Source of the DNA: a virus
IMG/VR virus record: IMGVR_UViG_3300027017_000001
Strand: one strand, 5' to 3'
Length of the DNA: 44,171 nt
Shown here: piece by piece, positions 1 through 8,328 of the stretch
How the letters are laid out: each line of letters begins with the position of its first letter
How positions within the stretch are numbered: the first letter of the stretch is position 1
Notes under the pieces: generated by a model
Seen by the model: the letters and a program-made list of their open reading frames with translations, nothing else
The model's database searches: none
What the model was told of the DNA's origin: nothing
Position numbers and translations under genes: made by a program

Positions 1-123
1 ACCACCGGGCTGTGGTCGAACATCACGGACGACGAAATCAAGGCGGCCGAAGAAGAACCACCACCAGTCCCTGGCGAAAAGGACCTGATCGATGCGCCTG
101 AAAACCCGGGACAAGAAGCGAAG
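1..123. repeat. Terminal overlap, copy 1 (identical to 44049-44171)
   Basis: Base-by-base comparison by eye shows 123/123 identity with the last 123 bases. Confidence 0.95.
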
Positions 124-147
124 CCGGAATCCGGTAAGGACGAGTAG
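1..147 (+). CDS. Portal protein, C-terminal end (continuation of 42735..44171 across the circular junction)
   Basis: Frame 1 reads [48 protein letters not shown] and stops at TAG 145-147. This is the same frame as the open ORF that runs off the right end. Confidence 0.85.
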   Translation, partial: TTGLWSNITDDEIKAAEEEPPPVPGEKDLIDAPENPGQEAKPESGKDE

Positions 148-832
148 AGCCGAACGGCAATACCAGTCCTCGCTGTCGCAGGTAGCGCGCCAGGTGGGAA
201 GCATCATCAACGGCTTTCCGCCTGGCGATCCATCGGTCGAGCCTACCATCTCGCACATGCTGAACCGGTATGCAGAACTGTTGAACGACTGGGCCGTCTC
301 GACGGCGAGCAAGATGATTGCCGAGGTCAATCAGCAGGACCGCAAGGCCTGGGCAATGCTCACTGAGCAAATGGCTCAGGCGCTGCGCCAAGAGATCCGC
401 ACGGCGCCAACCGGCGCCGCCATGCAGGGATTGCTGGCCGAACAGGTCACGCTGATCAAGAGCATCCCTCTCGACGCCGCCAAGCGCGTGCACGAACTGA
501 CGCTGCAGGGCATTGAAGATGGCACCAGGGCCAGCGAGATCGCGAAGGAAATCATGCGATCAGGCGAAGTGTCCGAGAGCAAAGCCAAGCTGATCGCCCG
601 CACCGAGGTATCCCGGACAGCTGCAACCCTGACCGAGGCTCGCGCCAAGGCCGTGGGCAGCGAGGGCTACATCTGGCGAACCTCTGGTGACAGCGACGTC
701 CGCCACTCCCACAAGGAAATGAACGGCAAGTTTGTTCGCTGGGATTCACCGCCCACCCTGGACAAGCTCACCGGTCACGCCGGCTGCCTGCCCAACTGCC
801 GCTGCTACCCAGAACCAGTTATCCCCGAGTGA
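92..832 (+). CDS. Head morphogenesis protein, Phage_Mu_F / SPP1 gp7-like
   Basis: 246-aa ORF. The C-terminal motif GYIWRTSGDSDVRHSHKEMNGK...CRCYPEPV is typical of the MuF family. The gene follows the portal. ATG 92 overlaps the portal end by 56 nt, so the start is not certain. Confidence 0.85.
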   Translation: MRLKTRDKKRSRNPVRTSRAERQYQSSLSQVARQVGSIINGFPPGDPSVEPTISHMLNRYAELLNDWAVSTASKMIAEVNQQDRKAWAMLTEQMAQALRQEIRTAPTGAAMQGLLAEQVTLIKSIPLDAAKRVHELTLQGIEDGTRASEIAKEIMRSGEVSESKAKLIARTEVSRTAATLTEARAKAVGSEGYIWRTSGDSDVRHSHKEMNGKFVRWDSPPTLDKLTGHAGCLPNCRCYPEPVIPE

Positions 833-838
833 ACCCCT

Positions 839-2155
839 ATGCACGTTAGAACCCAAGACGAGGCTGGGCGCTGGTTTGCGCCTGAACGCCTGAGCGCTCG
901 GCAGCGGATGACGCCTGAAGGCTTCCTGCTGTGTGAGGCGGTACCCATCGCTCGCACGGGGACCCTGGTCTACGACGAAAGCGAGCTGGTCAACGAGGAC
1001 GGCCCGATCGTCCAGGGCGGCGCCGGCGGCATCGTGACTATCGAGCGGAACCCAGACGAGGTGTTCCGCGCCGAGACCATCGCCAGCTTCGAAGGGAAGC
1101 CGGTGACCATGGCGCACCCCGACGATTTCGTAACCCCCGAAAACTGGCGCGAACTGTCGAGGGGTATTACCCAGAACGTTCGCCAGGGTGATGGGGTTGA
1201 AAGCGATTTGATGCTGGCCGACCTGTTGATCACCGATGCAACAGCGATCGAGGAGGTTCGCAGCGGCTTGCGTCAGGTGTCCTGCGGCTATAACGCCGAT
1301 TACGAACAACTGGCAGTCGGTCGCGGCCGCCAGATGAACATCGTGGGAAACCACGTAGCCCTGGTAGAGCGTGGCCGCTGTGGCCCGCGATGTGCAATTG
1401 GAGACGCCGAAGTGGCCAAGACGACTGATACAAAAACGAAACGCACCTGGATGGATCGTGTCCGCACGGCATTCAAGGCTAAGGACGAAGCCGCGCTGGA
1501 AGAGGCGCTGGAAGGCGCCAAGACCGACGACGAGGACGAAGACGACGACAAGGATGAAAGCGGGAAAACCAAGACCGGAGATTCCGCTGCTCTCGCATCG
1601 ATCCTCAAAACCATGAAGTCCATGGACAAGCGCATGGCCGACATGGAGGCCGAGGTGAAGAAGATCACCGAGGACGAAGACCCGGACGACGGCGATGCGT
1701 CGAAGACCAAAGATGACATCCTCGAAGCTGAAGCTGCGGCGAAAAACGCTGAAGCATCCGGCAAGACCTACACCGGTGACGCCGAGGTCATGACCGACCT
1801 GCGCTCTCGGTCAGAGATCATCGCCCCGGGTATCACCTTCCATACGCGTGATGCCAAGACCAAGACCGCCGACCACGTCTGCACCTGCCAGCGCCTGGCA
1901 CTCACCAAGGCCATGCAAACCGGCGATGGCAAAATGCTGGTTGAGCCGTTTCTGGCTGGCCGAGACCTGTCGACGATGACTGCCGATCAGGTGGCAGCGA
2001 CATTCGTTGGCGTTACCGAGTTCGCCAAGCTGCAGAACAACGCAACCGGCGCGCGCGCCTCCATCACCACCAAGGATTTCGGCCGCGCTCCTATGAGCGT
2101 CGCGGACATCAACCAACGCAACCGCGAATTTTGGAACGGCTCGGGCCGTAACTGA
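839..2155 (+). CDS. Prohead protease/scaffold-like protein (DUF2213-like N-terminus, acidic scaffold-like C-terminus)
   Basis: 438-aa ORF between the MuF-like and capsid genes. It has an acidic low-complexity stretch (DDEDEDDDKDE) and a coiled region. The family call is from memory. Confidence 0.7.
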   Translation: MHVRTQDEAGRWFAPERLSARQRMTPEGFLLCEAVPIARTGTLVYDESELVNEDGPIVQGGAGGIVTIERNPDEVFRAETIASFEGKPVTMAHPDDFVTPENWRELSRGITQNVRQGDGVESDLMLADLLITDATAIEEVRSGLRQVSCGYNADYEQLAVGRGRQMNIVGNHVALVERGRCGPRCAIGDAEVAKTTDTKTKRTWMDRVRTAFKAKDEAALEEALEGAKTDDEDEDDDKDESGKTKTGDSAALASILKTMKSMDKRMADMEAEVKKITEDEDPDDGDASKTKDDILEAEAAAKNAEASGKTYTGDAEVMTDLRSRSEIIAPGITFHTRDAKTKTADHVCTCQRLALTKAMQTGDGKMLVEPFLAGRDLSTMTADQVAATFVGVTEFAKLQNNATGARASITTKDFGRAPMSVADINQRNREFWNGSGRN

Positions 2156-2166
2156 GGATATCCCCC

Positions 2167-2661
2167 ATGGGTAACGCATTTCTGTATCGCATGCCTGCGG
2201 GCATTCCAGGCGACGTCACTCGCGCCAGTCAATCGACCATCGAGCCGGTGTTCCTGGATTCGGCTTCGCCTTTCGCAGGCTATGGCCTGTTCGGCAAGAT
2301 CGTGGGCGGCAAGTTCGTGCCATTCGGTGCAGGCGATGCCGCTGGTGCTGAGTACGGCCTGTTCGCTCGTCCATACCCGATCACTGGTGGTTCTGGCTCC
2401 GATCCGCTCGGCACCGCCACCCCACCGACCAAAGGCGTCGCAGATGTCCTGCGTCGCGGTTACATGAGCGTGAAGTTGAACGCTGGTACCGCCGCAAAAG
2501 ACGGCCAGGTCTACGTTCGAGTTGCCGCAGCCGCGGCCGGCAAGCCCATCGGTGGCATTGAAGCCGCCGCTGATAGCACCAACACCGTCGCGATGACCAC
2601 CGCGACTTTCATGGGCGCCGCCGATGCCTCTGGCAACGTCGAAATCGCTTACAACATCTAA
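2167..2661 (+). CDS. Head structural (decoration/cement-like) protein
   Basis: 164-aa Gly/Ala-rich ORF directly upstream of the major capsid gene. An RBS-like GAGGA lies upstream. Confidence 0.55.
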   Translation: MGNAFLYRMPAGIPGDVTRASQSTIEPVFLDSASPFAGYGLFGKIVGGKFVPFGAGDAAGAEYGLFARPYPITGGSGSDPLGTATPPTKGVADVLRRGYMSVKLNAGTAAKDGQVYVRVAAAAAGKPIGGIEAAADSTNTVAMTTATFMGAADASGNVEIAYNI

Positions 2662-2673
2662 GGGGAACGCTCG

Positions 2674-3672
2674 ATGAGCAATTTGATTCTGCCGCGCTCG
2701 ATCAAGCGCGCCCACACCCGCGACGGCCTGATGACGTTCGATGCGCAAACCATCGACTCGACTGGCGTCTTTCTAATCGGTGAGCTGGAGCGTCTGGACC
2801 AGAACCTGCACGGCCCACTAGCCTCGGTTACCTGGTCTCGCGATATCCAGCTGCGTGAAGACGTGAGCATTGCGGACGAACTGTCCAGCTTCACCAACAG
2901 CACCTTTGCCGCCGTCGGTGGCACCAGCCCGAACGGCAAAGCCTGGATCGGCAAGGACTCCAGCGCCATTGCAAGTCTTGGTCTGGACATTGGCAAGACC
3001 GCCAAGCCGCTGAGCCTGTGGGGCATGGAGCTGTCGTGGACGCTGCCTGAGCTCGCATCAGCCCAGCAACTCGGCCGCCCGGTGGATAGCCAGAAGTTCT
3101 CGGGCATGCAGCTCAAGCACAACATGGACATCGACGAGCAGGTCTACATTGGCGATACCGAGCTGGGCGAGACCGGCCTGGTGAACTCCAGCGTTGTTAC
3201 CAACGTCAGCAACGCCATCACCGGCAACTGGACCACTGCGACTCCGGACCAGATCCTGGCCGACGTCAACGACCTGTTGAACAGCGTGTGGGCGGCGTCT
3301 GCTTTCGCCATCTGCCCGAGCGAATTGCGCCTGGATCCGGTCAGCTACAGCAAGCTGGTCAGCCGCATCGTGTCGACCGCGGGCAACATCTCGATCATCG
3401 AGTACCTGAAGGTCAACAGCCTGTCGAACTCGATCAATGGCCGTCCGCTGAACATCCAGCCGCTGAAATGGCTAACCGGTCGTGGTGCTTCCAGCACCAA
3501 CCGCATGATGGCGTATACCAACGAGAAGGATCGCGTTCGCTTCCCGCTGGTACCGTTGCAGCGCACCCCGCTGGAATATCGCGGGATTCGTCAGATCACC
3601 ACTTACTACGGCCGCCTGGGCGTGGTTGAAGTGGTTTACCCGGAAACTGTCGGCTACCGCGACGGCATCTAA
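2674..3672 (+). CDS. Major capsid protein (DUF2184/HK97-fold-like)
   Basis: 332-aa ORF. Its position and sequence resemble the capsid proteins that accompany DUF1073 portals and DUF2213 proteins. Confidence 0.8.
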   Translation: MSNLILPRSIKRAHTRDGLMTFDAQTIDSTGVFLIGELERLDQNLHGPLASVTWSRDIQLREDVSIADELSSFTNSTFAAVGGTSPNGKAWIGKDSSAIASLGLDIGKTAKPLSLWGMELSWTLPELASAQQLGRPVDSQKFSGMQLKHNMDIDEQVYIGDTELGETGLVNSSVVTNVSNAITGNWTTATPDQILADVNDLLNSVWAASAFAICPSELRLDPVSYSKLVSRIVSTAGNISIIEYLKVNSLSNSINGRPLNIQPLKWLTGRGASSTNRMMAYTNEKDRVRFPLVPLQRTPLEYRGIRQITTYYGRLGVVEVVYPETVGYRDGI

Positions 3673-3682
3673 GGAGAGCGCA

Positions 3683-3880
3683 ATGAAATTCCTCAATGTG
3701 CTCAAGAGCTTCAAGCTCAACCTGGCCGAAGGCGTAATCCGCGATTTCGAAGCTGGCCTTCATGAGGTCGAAGACGAGATTGCGGATCACTGGTACGTGG
3801 CCGCTAACTCCGAGCCACTGACCGCCAAGCAGGCCAAGGCCTTGCATGGCGATACCAGTGATGACGACGCAAAGGCCTGA
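3683..3880 (+). CDS. Small acidic head-associated hypothetical protein
   Basis: ATG 3683 is preceded by AAGGAGAG. It encodes 65 aa and is the 3' part of track ORF 3626..3880. Confidence 0.6.
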   Translation: MKFLNVLKSFKLNLAEGVIRDFEAGLHEVEDEIADHWYVAANSEPLTAKQAKALHGDTSDDDAKA

Positions 3881-3882
3881 TC

Positions 3883-4266
3883 ATGGACGCCGCCCAGTTC
3901 CGCACTGACTTCCCCGAGTTCAGCGATACCACCAAATACCCAGACTCAGCCGTGAACCTATGGCTGAGTCTGGGCGAGAAGACGCTTGCGCCTGATCGCT
4001 GGTGCGACTATCTGGACCTGGGTCTTGAGTTGTTCATTGCCCACAACCTGGCCATCGCCGCTGGCAACCAATTGACCGAAATGGTAGGCGGCACTGCCGG
4101 CCAGGTTAAGGGGCCGCTGACGTCAAAGTCGGTGGACAAGGTCAGCGCCGGCTACGACACAGGCGCCGTCGCGCTTCAAGACGGCGGATTCTTCAACTTG
4201 AGCACCTACGGCATCCGGTACCTGCAATTGGCCCGCATGGTCGGGACTGGGGGGATTCAGCTTTGA
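3883..4266 (+). CDS. Head-tail connector protein (DUF4054-like)
   Basis: 127-aa ORF whose N-terminus MDAAQFRTDFPEFSD resembles the DUF4054 family. It sits in the head-completion position. Confidence 0.65.
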   Translation: MDAAQFRTDFPEFSDTTKYPDSAVNLWLSLGEKTLAPDRWCDYLDLGLELFIAHNLAIAAGNQLTEMVGGTAGQVKGPLTSKSVDKVSAGYDTGAVALQDGGFFNLSTYGIRYLQLARMVGTGGIQL

Positions 4267-4268
4267 GC

Positions 4269-4751
4269 ATGAAGATCACCACCGACAATGTGGCCAAGGT
4301 GTTGGCAACCATTCAGGGGCTTGCCGGCAAGCAGGTCATGGTTGGCATCCCCGCTTCGAAGGCGACTCGCGAAGATGGTGATACCGAGCCGATCAACAAT
4401 GCCCAGCTCGGTTACATCCACGAATACGGAGCGCCGGCTTCAAACATCCCAGCGCGGCCATTCCTGATTCCGGGTGTTGCGCGGGCGCAGGAAAACATCA
4501 ACGACCACCTGAAAAAAGCTGCGAAAGCGGCCATGGATGGAAACGAGGAAAAGGTTGATGTCGAGCTGAACGCCACCGGGTTGGTGGCTCAGGCTGGCGC
4601 CAGGTATGAAATCAACAATGGTGACCTTGCGCCGCTGTCCGAACGAACTCTGGCAGCCCGAAGGAAGCGCGGCCGGACTGGCACAAAGCCGTTGATCGAC
4701 ACCGGCCAACTGCGAAACGCCATTACCTACGTAATCCGCGAGAAGGACTGA
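4269..4751 (+). CDS. Head completion / virion morphogenesis protein
   Basis: ORF in a tightly packed head-tail joining block. ATG 4269 was chosen over the TTG at 4263. Confidence 0.6.
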   Translation: MKITTDNVAKVLATIQGLAGKQVMVGIPASKATREDGDTEPINNAQLGYIHEYGAPASNIPARPFLIPGVARAQENINDHLKKAAKAAMDGNEEKVDVELNATGLVAQAGARYEINNGDLAPLSERTLAARRKRGRTGTKPLIDTGQLRNAITYVIREKD

Positions 4752-4753
4752 TC

Positions 4754-5125
4754 ATGGCTCAGCTCGATGTATCAGAAATTCTTCTTGACCCTGACTTCAT
4801 GGATCTAGGCCTGATCTGTACAAGGGCGGTGCAAACCGTCGGGGGCAACGGGCGGACCACTACGGCCGACACCAACATCACGTTCGCTGGCGTCGTCACA
4901 AGCGACAAGGGCGACATTCTGGAGCGTCTGGCAGGTGCTGAGCGCAAGAAAGGCTCTATCACCATCCACACGATTTTCCGGCTGACGGCTGGCGAAGGCG
5001 ATACCACCGCTGACGTCGTGACTTGGCGGGGCAAGCAGTACACGGTCTCAAACGTCAACGACTACAAGCACTTTGGGCGCGGCTTCGTTTGTGCCACCTG
5101 TGATCTTCTTCCACTGAAGGGATAA
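4754..5125 (+). CDS. Head-tail joining hypothetical protein
   Basis: 123-aa ORF, 2 nt after the previous stop, in the same operon. Confidence 0.6.
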   Translation: MAQLDVSEILLDPDFMDLGLICTRAVQTVGGNGRTTTADTNITFAGVVTSDKGDILERLAGAERKKGSITIHTIFRLTAGEGDTTADVVTWRGKQYTVSNVNDYKHFGRGFVCATCDLLPLKG

Positions 5126-5128
5126 CCC

Positions 5129-5683
5129 ATGGCGAACACCTCAGCAACCGGCGGTTATCTCACGCCGGCGGGGACGCCTGCGCCATCGGAAGATGATCAG
5201 CTCGAAGATATCCTGCAGGCCATGGTGGTCGGCATCAGTGGACTGCCCGGGCCAATGGTCCGGCCACGCTGGCAGCCAAACCCGCCGAAGCAGCCAGAGC
5301 CGAACGTGAACTGGTGCGCAATCGGCGTGCACGAAACCAAGACCGTCGCCAACCCGGCCATCGACCATGACGGATCGGGCGACGGTCATGACCAGTACCA
5401 GATGCACGAAGAGTTGCAGGTCCTGTGCACGTTCTACGGGCCACAGGCCCAGGCCTACGCGTCGATCCTGCGCGACGGAATCTTCATCACGCAGAACAGC
5501 GAAGCGATCAAGGCCCAGCGGATGGCGTTCTACGGTGCCTCCGATATCCGCCCCGTGCCTGAGCTGGTCAACCAGCAATGGGTGCGTCGCTACGACCTTT
5601 TCATTCAGATGCGGCGCCAAGTGGTACGCGTCTATCCAGTTCTCAACATCCTGTCGGCCGATCCGCTGATCGTCGCCGGCTGA
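5129..5683 (+). CDS. Tail completion/neck hypothetical protein
   Basis: 184-aa ORF immediately upstream of the sheath gene. Confidence 0.6.
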   Translation: MANTSATGGYLTPAGTPAPSEDDQLEDILQAMVVGISGLPGPMVRPRWQPNPPKQPEPNVNWCAIGVHETKTVANPAIDHDGSGDGHDQYQMHEELQVLCTFYGPQAQAYASILRDGIFITQNSEAIKAQRMAFYGASDIRPVPELVNQQWVRRYDLFIQMRRQVVRVYPVLNILSADPLIVAG

Positions 5684-5701
5684 TCCAACCCGGAGAAAGC
5701 A

Positions 5702-7180
5702 ATGCAGACTCTTGCCATTTCGGACGTCATTAACGTCCAGATCGTCATGTCTCCGAAGGCAGCTGCTGTGCGTGATTTTGGCGCGCTGCTGGTCCTCGGT
5801 TCGTCGCCTGTTATCGATGTAAGCGAAGGTCTAAGGCCTTACGCACCTGGCGGCGTAGAGGCTGATTTCGGCACCTCGGCGCCAGAGTATCTGGCGAGCA
5901 ACTATTTCTTCAGCCAATCCCCGCAGCCGTCGATCGTTTACGTCGGCCGGTGGGCGAAGACGGCCACATCGGCGATCCTCAAGGGTGCCGTTCTTTCTGC
6001 TGCCCAGCAGGACATCGCCAACTTCACGGCGGTAACTGCTGGCGGCATGAAGATCACCATCGATGGAACGCTGAAGACACTGAGTGCGATTGATCTGTCA
6101 GCGGTTACCAACCTGAACGGAGTCGCCGCGGCGATCACCACTAAGCTCGCCTCCGCTGGCACTTGCGTGTGGAACGCGACCCAGGGCCGCTTTGAAGTCA
6201 CCAGCTCCACTACAGGCGCCACCTCGACTATCACCTATGCTGAGGCTCCGGCCAGCGGTGTGGATGTCTCGGCTCTGCTCGGACTGCAGACCGGTCAGGC
6301 CTCGGCGCCAGTAAACGGCGTGGTCGCTGAATCGCTGGTCGACGCTGTGGCCCGCCTGGCTGGCATGTCGAATGACTGGTACGGCTTGCTGGTGGCGGAT
6401 TCTGCCCTGGCCGAAGCCGATGTGCTGGCGACCGCTGCATTCATTGAGGGGGCAGGTCAAAGCCGGATCTTCGGTTACACCACCCAGAACGCGCTGGCGC
6501 TCGATCCGATCAGCACAACCGATATCGCAAGCAAGCTGAAGGCCGCGAACTACAAGCGAACATTTACCCAGTTCTCCAGCGCTACACCGTATGCCGCTGC
6601 ATCGGTGTTTGGTCGTGCGTTCACGGTGAACTTCCAAGGCAATAACACCACTATCACCCTGAAGTTCAAACAGGAACCCGGCATTACCGCCGAAAGCCTG
6701 ACCAAGGGACAGGCAACTGCGTTGCGGGACAAGAACTGCAACGTGTTCGTCAACTACAACAACGACACGGCGATCATTCAGGAAGGCGTGATGTGCAACG
6801 GGTACTTCTTCGATGAAGTGCACGGCCTGGACTGGCTGCAAAACGATCTACAGACCGCTGTCTGGAACCTGCTCTACACCGACACCACCAAGGTTCCCCA
6901 GACCAATCCGGGCATCAACCGGATCGTTACCACTCTGGAGTCCCGCATGGATCAAGCTGTAGTAAATGGGCTTGTAGCGCCGGGCCAATGGAATGGCCCA
7001 GCTTTTGGGGCGATCACTACCGGACAATTCCTCACCAAGGGCTACTACATCTACGCGGCGCCGATTGAGTCGCAATCACAAGCCGACCGAGAAGCCCGCA
7101 AGGCTCCAGTCATCCAGATTGCCGTGAAGCTGGCCGGCGCCGTCCATTTTGTCGACGTCATCGTCAACGTCAACCGCTGA
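5702..7180 (+). CDS. Tail sheath protein (DUF3383-like)
   Basis: 492-aa ORF followed by a tube-like gene. The N-terminus MQTLAISDVINVQIVMSPKAAAVRDFG resembles DUF3383 sheath proteins. Confidence 0.8.
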   Translation: MQTLAISDVINVQIVMSPKAAAVRDFGALLVLGSSPVIDVSEGLRPYAPGGVEADFGTSAPEYLASNYFFSQSPQPSIVYVGRWAKTATSAILKGAVLSAAQQDIANFTAVTAGGMKITIDGTLKTLSAIDLSAVTNLNGVAAAITTKLASAGTCVWNATQGRFEVTSSTTGATSTITYAEAPASGVDVSALLGLQTGQASAPVNGVVAESLVDAVARLAGMSNDWYGLLVADSALAEADVLATAAFIEGAGQSRIFGYTTQNALALDPISTTDIASKLKAANYKRTFTQFSSATPYAAASVFGRAFTVNFQGNNTTITLKFKQEPGITAESLTKGQATALRDKNCNVFVNYNNDTAIIQEGVMCNGYFFDEVHGLDWLQNDLQTAVWNLLYTDTTKVPQTNPGINRIVTTLESRMDQAVVNGLVAPGQWNGPAFGAITTGQFLTKGYYIYAAPIESQSQADREARKAPVIQIAVKLAGAVHFVDVIVNVNR

Positions 7181-7193
7181 TCGGAGATGATCA

Positions 7194-7634
7194 ATGCCTA
7201 CTTATAGCTTTCTCGATGTAAACGCCACTCTGGTTGGCGCCGGTGCGGTCATCGATCTGGGCGCCGGATCGGCCAACGCCGAAGAAGGGATCACCACCGC
7301 GATGGTTGACGACAAGAACACCATGCTGATTGGTGCTGATGGCGAAGGCATGCATTCGTTGCATGCCGGCAAGTCCGGCACGGTGACGGTGCGCCTGCTG
7401 AAGACATCCCCGCAGAATGCCAAGCTGATGGCGCTGTATGACGCACAAGGCCTCAGCTCGTCGCTGTGGGGGCAGAACGTCATTACCATCACCAACAGCG
7501 CCAGCGGGGATGCCATCGGGTGCCGAAGCTGCGCATTCAAGAAACGTCCGGATCTGAACTACAAAAAAGACGGCGATATCGTCGAGTGGGTTTTTGACTC
7601 GATCAAAATCGACGCCATCCTGGGTACCTACTGA
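7194..7634 (+). CDS. Tail tube protein (DUF3277-like)
   Basis: 146-aa ORF after the sheath gene. The motif call is from memory. Confidence 0.75.
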   Translation: MPTYSFLDVNATLVGAGAVIDLGAGSANAEEGITTAMVDDKNTMLIGADGEGMHSLHAGKSGTVTVRLLKTSPQNAKLMALYDAQGLSSSLWGQNVITITNSASGDAIGCRSCAFKKRPDLNYKKDGDIVEWVFDSIKIDAILGTY

Positions 7635-8134
7635 TGAGCGAATTCGAACTCGGCGCCGACACCTTCCGTATCGGAAAGCTCAACGCCTTCCAGCAGTTCC
7701 ACCTGTCCCGCAAGGTCGCGCCGATGATCCCGACGCTGATCCCGGTGTTCCTGAAGCTGAAAGAGTCGGAAAAGACGACGCGCGCGTATTTGGCATCTCT
7801 CTCGAGTGATGCCGATTCCGCTGGCAACCCAGATGCACCGAAGCCTCTGAGCGGAGACCTTGGCGCTCTTGGTGAGCTGCTACAGCCATTCGCTGATGGC
7901 ATCGCCGGCATGCCCGACGAGACGGCAGAGTTCATCATCTCGACCTGCCTGGGCGTTGTGCAGCGCAAGCAAGGTGCGTCGTGGTTTCCGGTTTGGAACA
8001 CCAGTCAGAGCGTCTGCATGTTCGACGACATCGACCTGGGCTTGATGATGAAGCTCTGTTTTCGGGTGATTGTGGATTCGCTTGGCCCTTTTTTACGCGG
8101 GATGCTTACCGGCCAGGGCACTCCAAAGGGCTGA
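7634..8134 (+). CDS. Tail assembly chaperone (G-like, zero-frame product)
   Basis: 166-aa ORF between the tube and tape measure genes. It contains the slippery T TTT TTA near its 3' end. Confidence 0.8.
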   Translation: MSEFELGADTFRIGKLNAFQQFHLSRKVAPMIPTLIPVFLKLKESEKTTRAYLASLSSDADSAGNPDAPKPLSGDLGALGELLQPFADGIAGMPDETAEFIISTCLGVVQRKQGASWFPVWNTSQSVCMFDDIDLGLMMKLCFRVIVDSLGPFLRGMLTGQGTPKG

Positions 8135-8328
8135 CGGTCGAACTGGAGAAGCTCCCCGGCGGTGAGGACTGGCTGCTGATCCCCGTGCATGAAGGCATGT
8201 GTCGGTATGAGTCCCTGAAAGACGGGACGCTCGACCTTTCCGATATCGCAAAAATGAACGACTCGCTGCTGGTGCGCGCCGAGAACAAGGCGCGTATGCG
8301 CGAGGCATTAGGGGATTCAAATGGCTGA
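7634..8328 (+). CDS. Tail assembly chaperone, -1 frameshift fusion product (GT-like)
   Basis: The -1 frame is open from the slippery site to 8328 (..PFFTRDAYRPGHSKGLTVELEKL..) and ends overlapping the tape measure ATG. Confidence 0.7.
8089..8095 (+). promoter_or_regulatory. Programmed -1 ribosomal frameshift slippery heptamer T TTT TTA
   Basis: The zero-frame codons are CCT TTT TTA. The X XXY YYZ pattern is satisfied, and the downstream -1 ORF is open. Confidence 0.7.

Noticed and set aside
1-123. The 123-bp end repeat as a biological direct terminal repeat or LTR of a mobile element
   Set aside because: It lies inside the portal coding sequence and keeps the frame, and nothing structural marks its borders. 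An assembly overlap of a circular or permuted genome is the simpler reading, but this needs read-level confirmation.
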